A DNA stretch of 63,509 nucleotides, from NCBI RefSeq assembly GCF_001194135.2, contig NC_068987.1, positions 85,249,418 to 85,312,926 of the forward strand. The letters run 5' to 3'. The stretch's first letter is position 1; every line of letters begins with the position of its first letter. Shown here piece by piece: positions 26,101 through 39,170 of the stretch. The position numbers were made by a program, and so were the translations under genes. The notes beneath the pieces are model-generated. The model saw nothing but the letters and a program-made list of their open reading frames with translations. It had not been told where the DNA came from and searched no databases. This DNA is from Octopus bimaculoides. Lineage: Eukaryota.

Positions 26101-27235
26101 CATACATACGTATGTATGTATGTATGTATGTATATGTGCGTCTCTCTTTGTGTTTGTGTTTGGCAACCAGTGTCGGTTTGCTTACGTCTCCGTAACTTAG
26201 CGGTTTAGGAAACAGGCCCGACAGAATAAGTTGCAGACTTGAAATTTAAAAATAAAAAACCTAAAGCACTGAGACTGAATGAGATTAATATCAATTCGCT
26301 CGAGGACAAAACCCTCTAAGGTAGTGCTCCAGCGTGACCGCACTCCAATGACTGAAAGAAATAACAAAAGATAAAAGATAAAATGTCATATATATTCTTC
26401 ATTATCAGGATAAGAATTGGCAGAAGACCGAATCGATTCCCTGGAAAATATTTATTAGACGTGTCTTAAATGCGCGTTTGGCAGCAGAGTCAAAAGATTA
26501 AAGTGTTCAGAAGGTTATCTGAAGCAGATGGTTAAAATTCATATGTAAATTGCGCTATCTTAGTTAACGCGCTAACGCTCTTATAGTCAAAGATAATGAC
26601 AGGTTACGAGGCTGTGTAACCTCATTTCTATTTGCATAAATAACCTTGTCACTAAAGGATCCTTTAACACATTGAAGAAATCTAGCATTAACTAATTCCT
26701 CAGTATTATGATGAAGAATTTCTTATTCTCATTCTTTTGTTTGATTTACTTGCAAATTCATTTATTTATCAATTTATTTATTACTGAGATTTCAAAAGAC
26801 AAAAACGAAAAAAAAAAAAAGAATAGCATTAATAAATAAAATAAGATTCAGTGATGAAAATAATCTGGAATAAAATTATTTAAGCGCAGCCAATTTCAAA
26901 ATTTGAGAGGCCAGTATGCGAATATATTAAACAGACATATCTGTTTCATTGTTGTTTTGTGGGTTTTTTTCTTTCTTTTGTCTGTTTTGTTTTCCTTACT
27001 TTTCTTGTAATAAATATTGGCTGTTTCATTGTAAATTCTCACTGAAGCATTTAATGTGACGAATTGGCAGAATTCTTCAGTTTTCTGTCTCAGAATTCTA
27101 AGGAACGTCAGAAAATTTGATAGTTTAATTCGTGTAAACAAGGAACACATTTAGATGTGAGAATTTCCTATATGTAAATGGTATTTCTCTAGAACGCAAA
27201 CATATGCGTCGCACTCGGACATATGGCAGCTATCC

Positions 27236-27279
<44 letters not shown>

Positions 27280-27606
27280 NNNNNNNNNNNNNNNNNNNNN
27301 NNNNNNNNNNNNNNNNNNNNNNNNNNNNNNNNNNNNNNNNNNNNNNNNNNNNNNNNNNNNNNNNNNNNNNNNNNNNNNNNNNNNNNNNNNNNNNNNNNNN
27401 NNNNNNNNNNNNNNNNNNNNNNNNNNNNNNNNNNNNNNNNNNNNNNNNNNNNNNNNNNNNNNNNNNNNNNNNNNNNNNNNNNNNNNNNNNNNNNNNNNNN
27501 NNNNNNNNNNNNNNNNNNNNNNNNNNNNNNNNNNNNNNNNNNNNNNNNNNNNNNNNNNNNNNNNNNNNNNNNNNNNNNNNNNNNNNNNNNNNNNNNNNNN
27601 NNNNNN

Positions 27607-27640
<34 letters not shown>

Positions 27641-27642
<2 letters not shown>

Positions 27643-28049
27643 GACGGGTTTCTTTCAGTTTCCGTCTACCAAATCTACTCACAAGGATTTGGTCGGCTCG
27701 AGACTATAGTAGAAGATACTTGCCCAAGGTGCCACGCAGTGGGACTGAACCCAGAGCCATGTGGTTGAGAAGCAAGCTACTTACCACACAGCCACAGTGT
27801 GTGTGTATGTGTGTGTGTGCGTCTGTGTGTGTATGTTGGTCTGTCTGTGTTTGTCCCACCATCGCTTGACAACCATTGTTGATGTGTTTATGTCCCCGTA
27901 ACCTGGCGGTTCGGCGAAAGAGAGCGATAGAATAAGTCCTAGGCTTACAAAGAATAAGTCCTGGGATCGATTCGTTCGACTAAAGGCGGTGTTCAAGCAC
28001 GGTCGCAGTCAAATGACTGAAACAAGTAAAAGAGTAAAAGAATCAAAGA

Positions 28050-28050
<1 letters not shown>
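27641..28050. mobile_element. SINE family C with its 5' half on the minus strand (27641-27795) abutting a 3' half on the plus strand (27797-28050)
   Basis: ACGACGGGTTTCTTTCAGTTTCCGTC...CTTACCACACAGCCAC is followed directly by (TG)n...CGCTTGACAACC...ATGACTGAAACAAGTAAAAG. Confidence 0.85.
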
Positions 28051-28084
<34 letters not shown>

Positions 28085-28699
28085 NNNNNNNNNNNNNNNN
28101 NNNNNNNNNNNNNNNNNNNNNNNNNNNNNNNNNNNNNNNNNNNNNNNNNNNNNNNNNNNNNNNNNNNNNNNNNNNNNNNNNNNNNNNNNNNNNNNNNNNN
28201 NNNNNNNNNNNNNNNNNNNNNNNNNNNNNNNNNNNNNNNNNNNNNNNNNNNNNNNNNNNNNNNNNNNNNNNNNNNNNNNNNNNNNNNNNNNNNNNNNNNN
28301 NNNNNNNNNNNNNNNNNNNNNNNNNNNNNNNNNNNNNNNNNNNNNNNNNNNNNNNNNNNNNNNNNNNNNNNNNNNNNNNNNNNNNNNNNNNNNNNNNNNN
28401 NNNNNNNNNNNNNNNNNNNNNNNNNNNNNNNNNNNNNNNNNNNNNNNNNNNNNNNNNNNNNNNNNNNNNNNNNNNNNNNNNNNNNNNNNNNNNNNNNNNN
28501 NNNNNNNNNNNNNNNNNNNNNNNNNNNNNNNNNNNNNNNNNNNNNNNNNNNNNNNNNNNNNNNNNNNNNNNNNNNNNNNNNNNNNNNNNNNNNNNNNNNN
28601 NNNNNNNNNNNNNNNNNNNNNNNNNNNNNNNNNNNNNNNNNNNNNNNNNNNNNNNNNNNNNNNNNNNNNNNNNNNNNNNNNNNNNACACATATATATAC

Positions 28700-28756
<57 letters not shown>

Positions 28757-30638
28757 CATACATACACACACATACCTACACACTTATATAACTATGTACA
28801 TATATATATTTGTATATATATGTATTATTACACACATAAACACACACACACACACACACATAGGTACATATATGCATACATACATACATGCATACATACA
28901 GCCACGCTTATGAACACACACATGGAGAGAGTTACTGGCGTATGAAATGAACTGGTTTATTTGTAATGCATCTCAATTAATCTCTGTCGTGTTATATGTC
29001 TCCTCCTCCAACCACGCCACCAACACCACCACTACCACCACCACCGCTACCACCACCAACAACACCACCACCACTTCACGCAAATCAATAACATCTATAA
29101 TTAGTGTGCTCCATTAAAAATGATTGCAATTAACCAACTTAGTTTCCTATTGCTGTTCAAGCTTGATATAATTTGGAAAAATTGTAATTTAGTAATTACA
29201 CAATTGCTTGCCATCGTTTCCAAGTACAAAAACCGAGAACAAATTGTGGTAAGCTGTCAAACAAGTCACCCCGATTAAAAATAATGACTTTACAGGTTTC
29301 TGCAAAAGGAAGATGGCCGATTATGTAAAACATTAAATATTGGAACCATAAATACAAAGAGATTCTCTAAAGTGGTTCTGGTGGTCTTTCACTGTCTGTT
29401 TTTTTTTTTTCTGTTTTTTTTTTTCTTAATTCCTTTTTTTCCTTCATTCGATCATTCTTGCTGCCTTAGATTTTGTCCTTCTTTTCCTTTCGATTTCACT
29501 TTTTATTTCTTCCTTCTCTTTGTTTGTTTGTTTGTTTGTTTGTTTCTTTCTTTCTTTCCTTTCATCGTTTCCTTTTACCTTTCCATTTCTTCCTTCCTTC
29601 TTTCCTGTCTTTCTTTCTTTCTTTCTTTCTTTCTTTTTTCCTCCCTTTTCTTTCTCTTTTTCTTTTTCCGTTTCTTTCCTTCCTCTTATTCTTCTCTCTC
29701 TCTCTCTCTGTATATATATATATATNNNNNNNNNNNNNNNNNNNNNNNNNNNNNNNNNNNNNNNNNNNNNNNNNNNNNNNNNNNNNNNNNNNNNNNNNNN
29801 NNNNNNNNNNNNNNNNNNNNNNNNNNNNNNNNNNNNNNNNNNNNNNNNNNNNNNNNNNNNNNNNNNNNNNNNNNNNNNNNNNNNNNNNNNNNNNNNNNNN
29901 NNNNNNNNNNNNNNNNNNNNNNNNNNNNNNNNNNNNNNNNNNNNNNNNNNNNNNNNNNNNNNNNNNNNNNNNNNNNNNNNNNNNNNNNNNNNNNNNNNNN
30001 NNNNNNNNNNNNNNNNNNNNNNNNNNNNNNNNNNNNNNNNNNNNNNNNNNNNNNNNNNNNNNNNNNNNNNNNNNNNNNNNNNNNNNNNNNNNNNNNNNNN
30101 NNNNNNNNNNNNNNNNNNNNNNNNNNNNNNNNNNNNNNNNNNNNNNNNNNNNNNNNNNNNNNNNNNNNNNNNNNNNNNNNNNNNNNNNNNNNNNNNNNNN
30201 NNNNNNNNNNNNNNNNNNNNNNNNNNNNNNNNNNNNNNNNNNNNNNNNNNNNNNNNNNNNNNNNNNNNNNNNNNNNNNNNNNNNNNNNNNNNNNNNNNNN
30301 NNNNNNNNNNNNNNNNNNNNNNNNNNNNNNNNNNNNNNNNNNNNNNNNNNNNNNNNNNNNNNNNNNNNNNNNNNNNNNNNNNNNNNNNNNNNNNNNNNNN
30401 NNTATAATGTGGTTCTCGATATAAGAAAATACATGAAGGCCACGGTTAGAACACCTTTAACATTTTGTTAAGTTACACGTATCCTGGGCTAATTTTCCGA
30501 ACGTTTTTGTTTTTTATATCTTTTATTTGTTTCAGTTATAGATCGGCGATCATACTGGAGCACCACTTTGAAGATATCTAGGATTATCGAAAAACTTTAA
30601 ACTATATAAGAAATTCTACAACATAAGGATGAATAAAA

Positions 30639-30674
30639 GGTTAACGTTTCGGATACAAACACTTCGTCAGAAAG
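30639..30674 (-). ncRNA. Candidate minimal type-I hammerhead-ribozyme-like motif (probably Penelope/retrozyme-derived; likely inactive)
   Basis: Minus strand reads TT-CTGACGA-AGTGTTTGTATCC-GAAAC-GTT-AA. The core boxes are intact with a palindromic AACGTT, but helix I is only 2 bp and helix II is weak. Confidence 0.4.
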
Positions 30675-30694
30675 ATATATATATATATATATAC

Positions 30695-30729
<35 letters not shown>

Positions 30730-31056
30730 TAGATATAGAAAAAATGATGTAAAAGAGAAAGAGATGTAGAGAAAGAATGAGATGTGACTAATGTCTGTAT
30801 ATTAGTGTGTAGGTAGATAAAGTGATAAATTGGAAAGTGCGAGAGTGTATCAAAATTAAGGTCCATGGGCTAAACAACGAGAACTACATAATTCATTGGT
30901 AGTGTTTGTTTTTTCGCTTTCGTTTTTAATTTTCTTGTGTTTCATTAATTCTTCGCACCCCACCCCACCCCATCCACACACAAAACGCGTCTTTCATGCC
31001 ATTGGCAACCAATCGTGATGGTGTTTGACATGACTGATCAAGATTAGATGACAAAA

Positions 31057-31130
<74 letters not shown>

Positions 31131-31140
31131 TATTATTATT

Positions 31141-31381
31141 CAGTAGTTTTATTTTTATAACGTGCTTTCACTTCACTACCGAGCGCAGCTCTGTGCGCCT
31201 TGGGTATGTGCTGTGGTTTGCTGTGGTGCTCTTATGTTTACTGTATTGAAAGTGTTTTGCGTAGAATGTGTGCAGTACCCAGTAGTGCAATTTTCTGTAT
31301 GTTATATATATTTGTAAGTCCTGGTATTTTTGTTATGTATTTGTCTGAATATTTTTTTATTATACCTAAGGCACCTACTAT
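31141..31381 (-). mobile_element. Short 5'-truncated R4/Dong LINE 3' end inserted in a (TAA)n array
   Basis: The minus strand reads IVGALGIIKKYSDKYITKIPGLTNIYNIQKIALLGTAHILRKTLSIQ*, followed by a 3'UTR ending ...GAAAGCACGTTATAAAAATAAAACTACTG and then (AAT)n. It is nearly identical to 51959-52164, and both flanks are TAA-type microsatellite. Confidence 0.92.
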
Positions 31382-31691
31382 GATTATTATTATCATTATT
31401 ATTATCATAATAATAATGATAATGTTGATAATAATAATAATAATTATTATTATTATTATTATTATTATTATTGTTTATTGTTGTTATTCTTTTCTTTACA
31501 TTTCTTCTTCTTCTTTCTTCCTCCTCCTCCTCCTCCTCCTCATCATCATCATCATCATCATTACAACCACTGTCATCATCTTATTTATCATCGTCATCGT
31601 CGTCCTCCTCTTCCTCCTCCTCATCGTCATCATCATTGCTGTTCGAAATTAAACGCAGGTTGACTATAGATAAAGAACTAAGATGGCCGAC

Positions 31692-31750
<59 letters not shown>

Positions 31751-32182
31751 GAGAAATCAAAGAGGAAAAGTACTACGAAAGAAAAGGAATGGAGAAAGAC
31801 GAACAGAAAGGAAAGAAGAAGGAAAGAGGGGAAGGAAGGAAGGAAGGAAGGAAAAAGAAAAAAAAAGAAAGAAAGAAAGAAAGAAAGTATAAAGAGGGAG
31901 CGGGTGTATAACAAGAAGCACAGCAATAACTGAAAGAAGGATTGCAAGTCCAAACATGAACAAGAACACAACGAATGAGTAATACAACATCCGCAGAGAT
32001 AAACAATCTGTGTCTTGTCGTGTGTATGTGTGTATGTCCACTAGCGAATGTCTGTCTGTCTGTCTGTCTGTCTGTATGTATGTATGTATGTATGTACGTA
32101 TGCATGTTGTCTATATATGTGTCCATATACATACATACGCACACACATATATGCATGTATGTACGCTCGTATGCATGCAGGT

Positions 32183-32283
<101 letters not shown>

Positions 32284-32665
32284 CTATATTTATATTTATA
32301 TTTATATTTATGTATGCATATATGTATATGTATATATGCTTATGCATGTCCAAAGGTGTGCGCAAAAGTGTCTACGTGTATATGTACGGAGTTTGCATAT
32401 AATTGCTTGCATGTGTATGCACATACAAACATGAGTCAGTGAGTGTGTATGGTTATGTATTAATTACGTCTTTATTGCTGTTTGAGTGTGTATATGTGTG
32501 TGTGTGCGTGTGCGTGTGGGTGTTTGTATGTATATATATATATATGTATATGTATATGTATGTACACTCTCACACACATACACACGCACACACTTTAAAA
32601 TATATATATATATACATCTACACAATTATATGCACACACAAGTACATTCACATGTATGTTTGCGT

Positions 32666-32701
<36 letters not shown>

Positions 32702-33068
32702 AAATAGATACGCTCAGATATATGTACATACAGACACACTTATATACGTAACATACGTACGTATACATTCATATATACATAAATTCATACAAACATATAT
32801 ATATATATTTATGTGTGTGTGTGTGTGTGTGTGTGTGAGTGTGTGTGTAAGTATACACACATATACATACACACGTGCGTACATACATATAAATATGTAT
32901 GTGTGTGTGTGTGCATGCGTGCGTATATGTATATGTACGCATACGTATGTAATGCATACATGCGTACATACATACATGAATGCATGATTGTATGCATGCA
33001 TACTTTTATAAGCACATACATAGATATATTCAAACATATATACATAAGTACATGTGTACATACATACA

Positions 33069-33100
<32 letters not shown>

Positions 33101-33194
33101 AACGTCGCCTTTAACAGAGACTGTCATGTATTCCTATGTTGTTCGCATTTAATAACGAAACAAATTGAGTGGAAGGAAGAGAAGAATACTTGAA

Positions 33195-33410
33195 TATGAG
33201 GAAAATAATGGAATAAACATTTGGAAAGAATGTGAGAAGGAATGAGTAAGGGAAGGATAGAGAGGAGGGAAAGAGGACGGGAAGGAAGGAAGGAAGGAAG
33301 GCTGAACGAAAGAAAGGAATGGAAGGAAGAAAGGGAGGACGAAAGAAAGGAAGGTGGAGATGAAGGAAGGAAGGAAGAGAGGCCGGACGGAAGAAAGTAA
33401 GAGAAAAGGA

Positions 33411-33466
<56 letters not shown>

Positions 33467-33538
33467 AATAAAGAAAGAAGGAAGGGAGGAAGGAAGGAAA
33501 GAAAGAAAGCAAAGAAGAAAGGAAGTAAGACATAGGAG

Positions 33539-33569
<31 letters not shown>

Positions 33570-33681
33570 TGAAAGAGAGGAAAGAAGAAAGGAAGAAAGG
33601 AAGAAAGAAAGAAAGAGACAGAGAAAGAAGGAAGGAAGGAAGGAATGAAAGTAAAGAAGAAAGGAAGTAAGACTAGGAGGA

Positions 33682-33721
<40 letters not shown>

Positions 33722-34089
33722 AATAATGAAAGAGGGGAAAGAAGAAAGGAAGAAAGGAAGAAAGAGGGGAAAGAAAGATAGAAAGAAAAAGGTAGCTAGA
33801 GATAATGAGAGATACAAAGGAAAGAAGGAAAGACAGAGGAACGAAAGACAAAAACAGAAGAAAACGACAAAGAGAAAGAAGGCAAGGAAGACAGGAAGGA
33901 CGAAACAAAGAAGCGAAGAGAGAAAAGTAGGAATATGGATGAAAGAAAGAAAAAAAGAGCGAATGAAGGAAGACGGGAAAAAAGAAAGGAAGGTAGGAAG
34001 GTTAGAAGGAAGAAGAATGAATGAAAGTGAAAAGAAAATCATACAACGAAAGAGTGACAGAATGAAAAATGGAGCTGAGGGAATGACAG

Positions 34090-34167
<78 letters not shown>

Positions 34168-34200
34168 GAGAGAAGGGGTGTAGAGAGAGAGAGAGAATGA
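33195..34200 (+). repeat. ~1-kb polypurine (GAAA/GGAA)-rich low-complexity tract
   Basis: Almost exclusively A and G on the plus strand, with several (GAAA)n runs. Confidence 0.95.
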
Positions 34201-34474
34201 AAAACAATGAGAAAATGCAGAGGTGAACATGGAGTCAAGTTGTTATGTATGGTTGAATGGACATCAGTAGCTTCATATATTATTATATAGCCGTTAGCTA
34301 TATATCTCAGTATGATGTATAGTAACGGTAGTGGTGGTAGTGGTGGTGGTGGTGGTGGAGATGATAGTTTATCGACGTGATGGTGGTGGTGGTGGCTTTG
34401 GTGGACAGCAGAGATTACGAAAGTAAACGTGATGCGGAGGAGTGGGGGCAACTTTCTATATGTCGTAGATATAT

Positions 34475-34512
<38 letters not shown>

Positions 34513-35117
34513 ATGAAGATGGTAGTCGCGTTGATTGAATACAGTAAAGGTGATAACGATGGTGGTGGTGGTGGTGGTGGTGGTGTTGGTGGTGATGCTG
34601 ATGATGGTGATATGCTGATAGTGATGGTGATGATTGTGGTAATTATGATATTGGTAGTAGTAGCAGTGGTAGCAGAAGCAGTAGTAGTAGTAGTAGTAGT
34701 AATAGTAGTAGTTGTTGTTGTAGTACGATGACGGTGGGGGAAGATGTTGGATGTCGTTCGATTGGGTTGTAGACCCCCTCCTCCTCACAAACAAGTATGA
34801 GACTGAGTAACGATGCGAAGTTGACATTAACAGAAATCGTNNNNNNNNNNNNNNNNNNNNNNNNNNNNNNNNNNNNNNNNNNNNNNNNNNNNNNNNNNNN
34901 NNNNNNNNNNNNNNNNNNNNNNNNNNNNNNNNNNNNNNNNNNNNNNNNNNNNNNNNNNNNNNNNNNNNNNNNNNNNNNNNNNNNNNNNNNNNNNNNNNNN
35001 NNNNNNNNNNNNNNNNNNNNNNNNNNNNNNNNNNNNNNNNNACGGTAGTAGCATTTTGATAATGTTTTTGTTTTTTTTTCAGTTCTATCACAGGACCTGA
35101 AGTTTTTAACGGAAGCA

Positions 35118-35290
35118 GGGAGTTGACTATATCAGCTACAGTAATTGTCTGGTACTTCTTTTATCGACCCCCGAAAAAGTATAAAAGACAAAGTCGACCT
35201 CGGTGGCATTTGAACTCAGACCGTAAAATCAGACGAAATGCCACTAAGCATTTACTCAGAAGTGTTAATGATACTATCAGCTCACCGCCC
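35118..35290 (-). mobile_element. SINE family A, diverged
   Basis: Plus strand shows TTTATCGACCCCCGAA...AAAGTCGACCTCGGTGGCATTTGAACTCAGA, the reverse complement of the family-A body and B-box. Confidence 0.8.
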
Positions 35291-35671
35291 TCTTTAGAAA
35301 TTAACAATAAAAAATGGCGCAAACGTTATGTAATTTCAGCCAGTTGTAAGCCACCATTACCTACATACCAGAACATGCATTTATCTGATGGTAGAGGGAT
35401 GTGTGTGTCTGCTTCTCTGACAAATCAATAGAGTGAGATTTGGGAAATATTTGAATATTTAGTTGTTACTTCTAGGCTCTCCACTTCTATTTTTTATTGG
35501 TGACCATGATCACGCTGTTGCTAGTTAAATCTGATAGAACATGTCTTATGTCTAACTGGTTGTTAGTTGAACGAATAGGTGCATCTTAATTAGTCATTGT
35601 TCTAGATCAGAGTCCCCCAAGATGGGGTAGAATTATTCACGAAGAGTCAAATTTTCTCTTTCTGAATTGGT

Positions 35672-36058
35672 ATCTTTTACTTATTTCAGTTATTGGACTG
35701 CGGCCATACTGGAGGCACTGCCTTGAAGGGCTTAGCCAAACAAATCGACACCAGATCGAATTTTCTTTAAGGTCTGATACTTCATCTATTGGTTATCTGT
35801 TGCTGAACCGCCAGGTTACGGGAACGTAAACAAACCAACATCAGTTGCCAAGCGATGGGGAGGGCGAAACAAAGGCGTGCGTTGTGTGTGTGTGTGTGCG
35901 TAAACGATGGGCTTCAACACAGTTTCTGTTAACCAAATTCACTTACAAGATATTGATCGGCGCGTGGATATAGAAAAAGGCACTTGGGCCAGGTGCCGCA
36001 CAATAATATTGAAATCGAAACCACGCGTTTACAAACCAAGCTTCTTAACCATACAGAC
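35672..36058 (-). mobile_element. SINE family C, diverged full length
   Basis: TATCTTTTACTTATTTCAG...GGACTGCGGCCATACTGG...GGTTACGGGAACGTAAAC...CACTTGGGCCAGGTGCCGCA...GCTTCTTAACCATACAG. Confidence 0.8.
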
Positions 36059-36509
36059 ATTTCTTTTCCTTTATTTCTTTTCTTTTTTTCTTTTTTTCCT
36101 GTTTTCCTCGTAATTTTTCTTTTTCATCTGAAGCTCAGAAAAAAATTGAAGTAGGCGTGTTTTGTGAGAAAAAAAAGAGAAAAGAGAATGGTTTTCTCTT
36201 TTTTTTTTCTACCACATCAGACTTAACGATCTGTATTGGAGACTTGTTAATTAGTGAGTTACTAATGGAGTAGTCTAATTTAGAAGACTATGTTTAGTTC
36301 TGCTATCTGTTCATCATTAGTTCATAAATAAATGAAATACCATTGTTATGTCCCATTTTTATTGTTATTTGAACTTTAATTAATGAGGTTTAAAAGCAGT
36401 ATTTTAAATTTTCTCTTTGTCGGTTGTTTTATTATGATAACAGAAGCGTAAGCACGAATTACTGAGCGAACCAAAGACGAGATAAACTTACAAATATCCA
36501 TCCCTTTAT

Positions 36510-36846
36510 CCAGGCGCCGGATAAGAAGCTTGATTCCAAACCACATAGTTCTGGGTTCGGTGTCACACAGTGATACCGTGGGCAAGTGTCTTCTACTGTA
36601 GTCACAGACCGACCAAGGTCTCGTGATTAGATTTGGCGGACGGAAACTGAAAGAAGCAACTCGTATATGTGTGTGTGTCTTTGACACGCTTGACAACCGG
36701 TGTTCATGTGTTTACGTTCCTGTAATTTAGAAAGACCGATGGTGTAAGTACCAGGCTTAAAGAAAATTTTAAAACTGGGGTTGATTCATTCGACTAAAAA
36801 GTCTCCAGTATGGACCCTTGTGACTGAAACATATAAAAGATAAAGA
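36510..36846 (+). mobile_element. SINE family C, diverged
   Basis: GGGTTCGGTG...GGGCAAGTGTCTTCTACTGTAG...GGACGGAAACTGAAAGAAGC...CGCTTGACAACCGG...GACTGAAACATATAAAAGATAAAG. Confidence 0.8.
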
Positions 36847-37019
36847 TCCATCCATCCACCCACCCATCCACCCGCCCATCTAACCGACCATCCACCTACC
36901 AATCCACCCATTCATCAATCAGTCCATTCATCCATCCATCTATCTTACCAGCCAGCCAGCCAGCCAGCCAGCCATCAGGCCATCCATTCAACCATCCATC
37001 TTCTCCGCCCATTATTTCT

Positions 37020-37450
37020 TGGTGGGTGGTGGAGGTGCAGTCCGCAGGCACTTCCTCCCTAGGGTCCTATCACACACAACCGTCATTATAATTTTCTGCT
37101 GGATTCCTAAACTTGACCAACTGAGACTATGGGTCCTATTCAAATCATCTCGTTCTTGCTCTCCCTTTGGTTCACCTGCCATTTGGCTCGGCTTGAAGAT
37201 TTTGCTCTTACGATTCGTTCCTGCGACGTTCTAATCACACATGTCCATAATACTAGAGTTGTGACGTCACAATGCAGAGATTTACCAGCTCGACCAGGAG
37301 AGACTCTTTGAACACTGAGCTACGTACCGTTACTCCTGAGATTCTTCAGAGGAACCTCATTTTGGCCACTTGCATTTGCGGACTTACTCTTGCGATCGTT
37401 ACTCAACATTCATGTCCAAAACGGATTTAAGTCACGATTGCATAGTTGAA
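37020..37450 (-). mobile_element. Decayed RTE-clade LINE, 3' part of the RT ORF
   Basis: The minus strand translates, with stops and indels, as GHEC*VTIARVSPQMQVAKMRFL*RISGVTVRSSVFKESLLVELVNLCIVTSQL*YYGHV. This matches the RTE post-RT consensus YGHESW...EMRFLRRI.GV..DRVRSSVIRE.L.VE.....I..SQLRW.GHV. Confidence 0.78.
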
Positions 37451-37574
37451 AACTTGTGTCACTGAAGGATACTTAATAGCATAGAATTATTACCTTTTGG
37501 AAAAATTTTAAGATTCCAGAGAGTAATTTTGATACTGCTTTTAGGCTTAAAAAAATTCTTCATCCTTATCCGTA

Positions 37575-37745
37575 TCATAGGTGCGGGCATATCTGTATGG
37601 TCAAGAAACTAACAGCTTTAGGTCCAGTTCCAATGCGCGGCACCTTGGGCTAGGATCTACTACTATAGCTCTCCAAGCTACCGAGTGCGTTGTGAGTGGA
37701 TTTGCTAGAAGAAAACTGCGTAGAAGTCCTTTGTGCATGATTCTT
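37575..37745 (+). mobile_element. SINE family C, 5' half, diverged
   Basis: TAGGTGCGGGCATATCTGTATGG...CCAGTTCCAATGCGCGGCACCTTGGGC...TTGTGAGTGGATTTG. Confidence 0.65.
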
Positions 37746-38114
37746 CTTTGAATTTAATTTCTTGAGAGAGTTCAAGATGGTCGCTAACAAAACAAGATTT
37801 TTAGAGTTGAGAGTGTTTCCGGTGCTTGTTAATATGTGGTGAAGTTTGTGCATTGGTTAGACTGTCGGTACATACACCCAAGTGTGCGCATCTATTCAAA
37901 TAAGAACCTCCGATGGAGAATTTTTTAAATATCTTGTAAAAATCTTCACTGTTTCACTAATAGTTTGGATTTGGAAAATCCGTATTAGATTGTATGTATG
38001 TTTGTATGTCTCTTCTCTTTTTAAATTATTATAAATCTTCCACTGAGGAGGAAGCTGGTTTCCAACAGAGATACAAGACTGCAATTTGGTGTGTAGTTAT
38101 GTATGTATGTATTA

Positions 38115-38294
38115 GGGAGTTGGGATTAATCGATCACATCTATTCTAATGCTTGATTAATAGTTAATCAATCCCCGAAAGGATGAAAGTTAAAATTCACC
38201 TCGGCGGGATTTGAAATCGGAATGTGAAGAGCTAGGAGAAAGGCTCCGAGGCATTTTCGCTTGACGTGGTACCGATTTTGCCAGTTCACCGCCT
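38115..38294 (-). mobile_element. SINE family A, diverged
   Basis: CCCCGAAAGGATGAAAGTTAAAATTCACCTCGGCGGGATTTGAA...GATTTTGCCAGTTCACCGCC. Confidence 0.75.
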
Positions 38295-39132
38295 GAATCG
38301 TGGTTATAATACGCCTTCTAAAATAGGCATAAGGACTGGGATTTTAAGGTTGAGTGTTAGCTGATAATATCAAGCCTAAATGCTTATCTGGAATTTATTT
38401 TATCAACCGTTTTAGCCATAACCAAATAGTTTTCCAGCTGAAACGTCACAGGGATACCATTCAATGTTTCGTTTTTATATGACGGTATGAGGAAGATTTG
38501 GTTGCTATTTTTAACAGATCGAGAGACCAAGAAAGCTGTCTTATTGGCCTGAATTTTTCAACGCGCAGACGATTCTGCCAGCTTGCCGCCTTGATCGCGG
38601 GCATAAATAATAATATTGTACGGTTACGTGTAACGATAGCCGCCAGTGAAGTAGCAGCCGTTACTGTGGCCTTGACCATGGTTATTATATTTAAGGTGAC
38701 AGTGACCGGGGTCAGAGTTGGTGTAGATGTTGGGAGGGGAGATCAGAGATCAGTAGATCAGGAACAAGAGAATCTGGGGGGGGGGAAATTAATAAATACG
38801 AAAAATAAATGAATAAAATATAACGGGTCATGGCTGCAACATTGTCGAAATTGTATGAAAGATATTCACTAAAAACAAAACTAAAACATAACGAAATAAA
38901 ATAAAGGAAACATAGAAACGAAAGACTTCTCTCCCAACTCCTTCACCGTCTTTCACACTAAATTTCTATCTTTCTTTCCCTCGATTTTCCCCTCTTTATC
39001 GCTCTCTCATTATCGCGACACAACAGTGACAGACAGACAGACAGATGTCTGTCATAGCATTGTTGAATTAATTGCAGTGTATGGCCAGGAGAGAAACACT
39101 CTATTTCTCTCCTTCCCTGCTTCCCTCCCTCC

Positions 39133-39170
<38 letters not shown>

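Noticed and set aside
38438-38484. Exon-like segment ending ACG|GTATGA
   Set aside because: It is embedded in the common GATTTGG(C/T)T(G/A)CTATTT repeat also seen near 13888, so it is probably repeat-derived.
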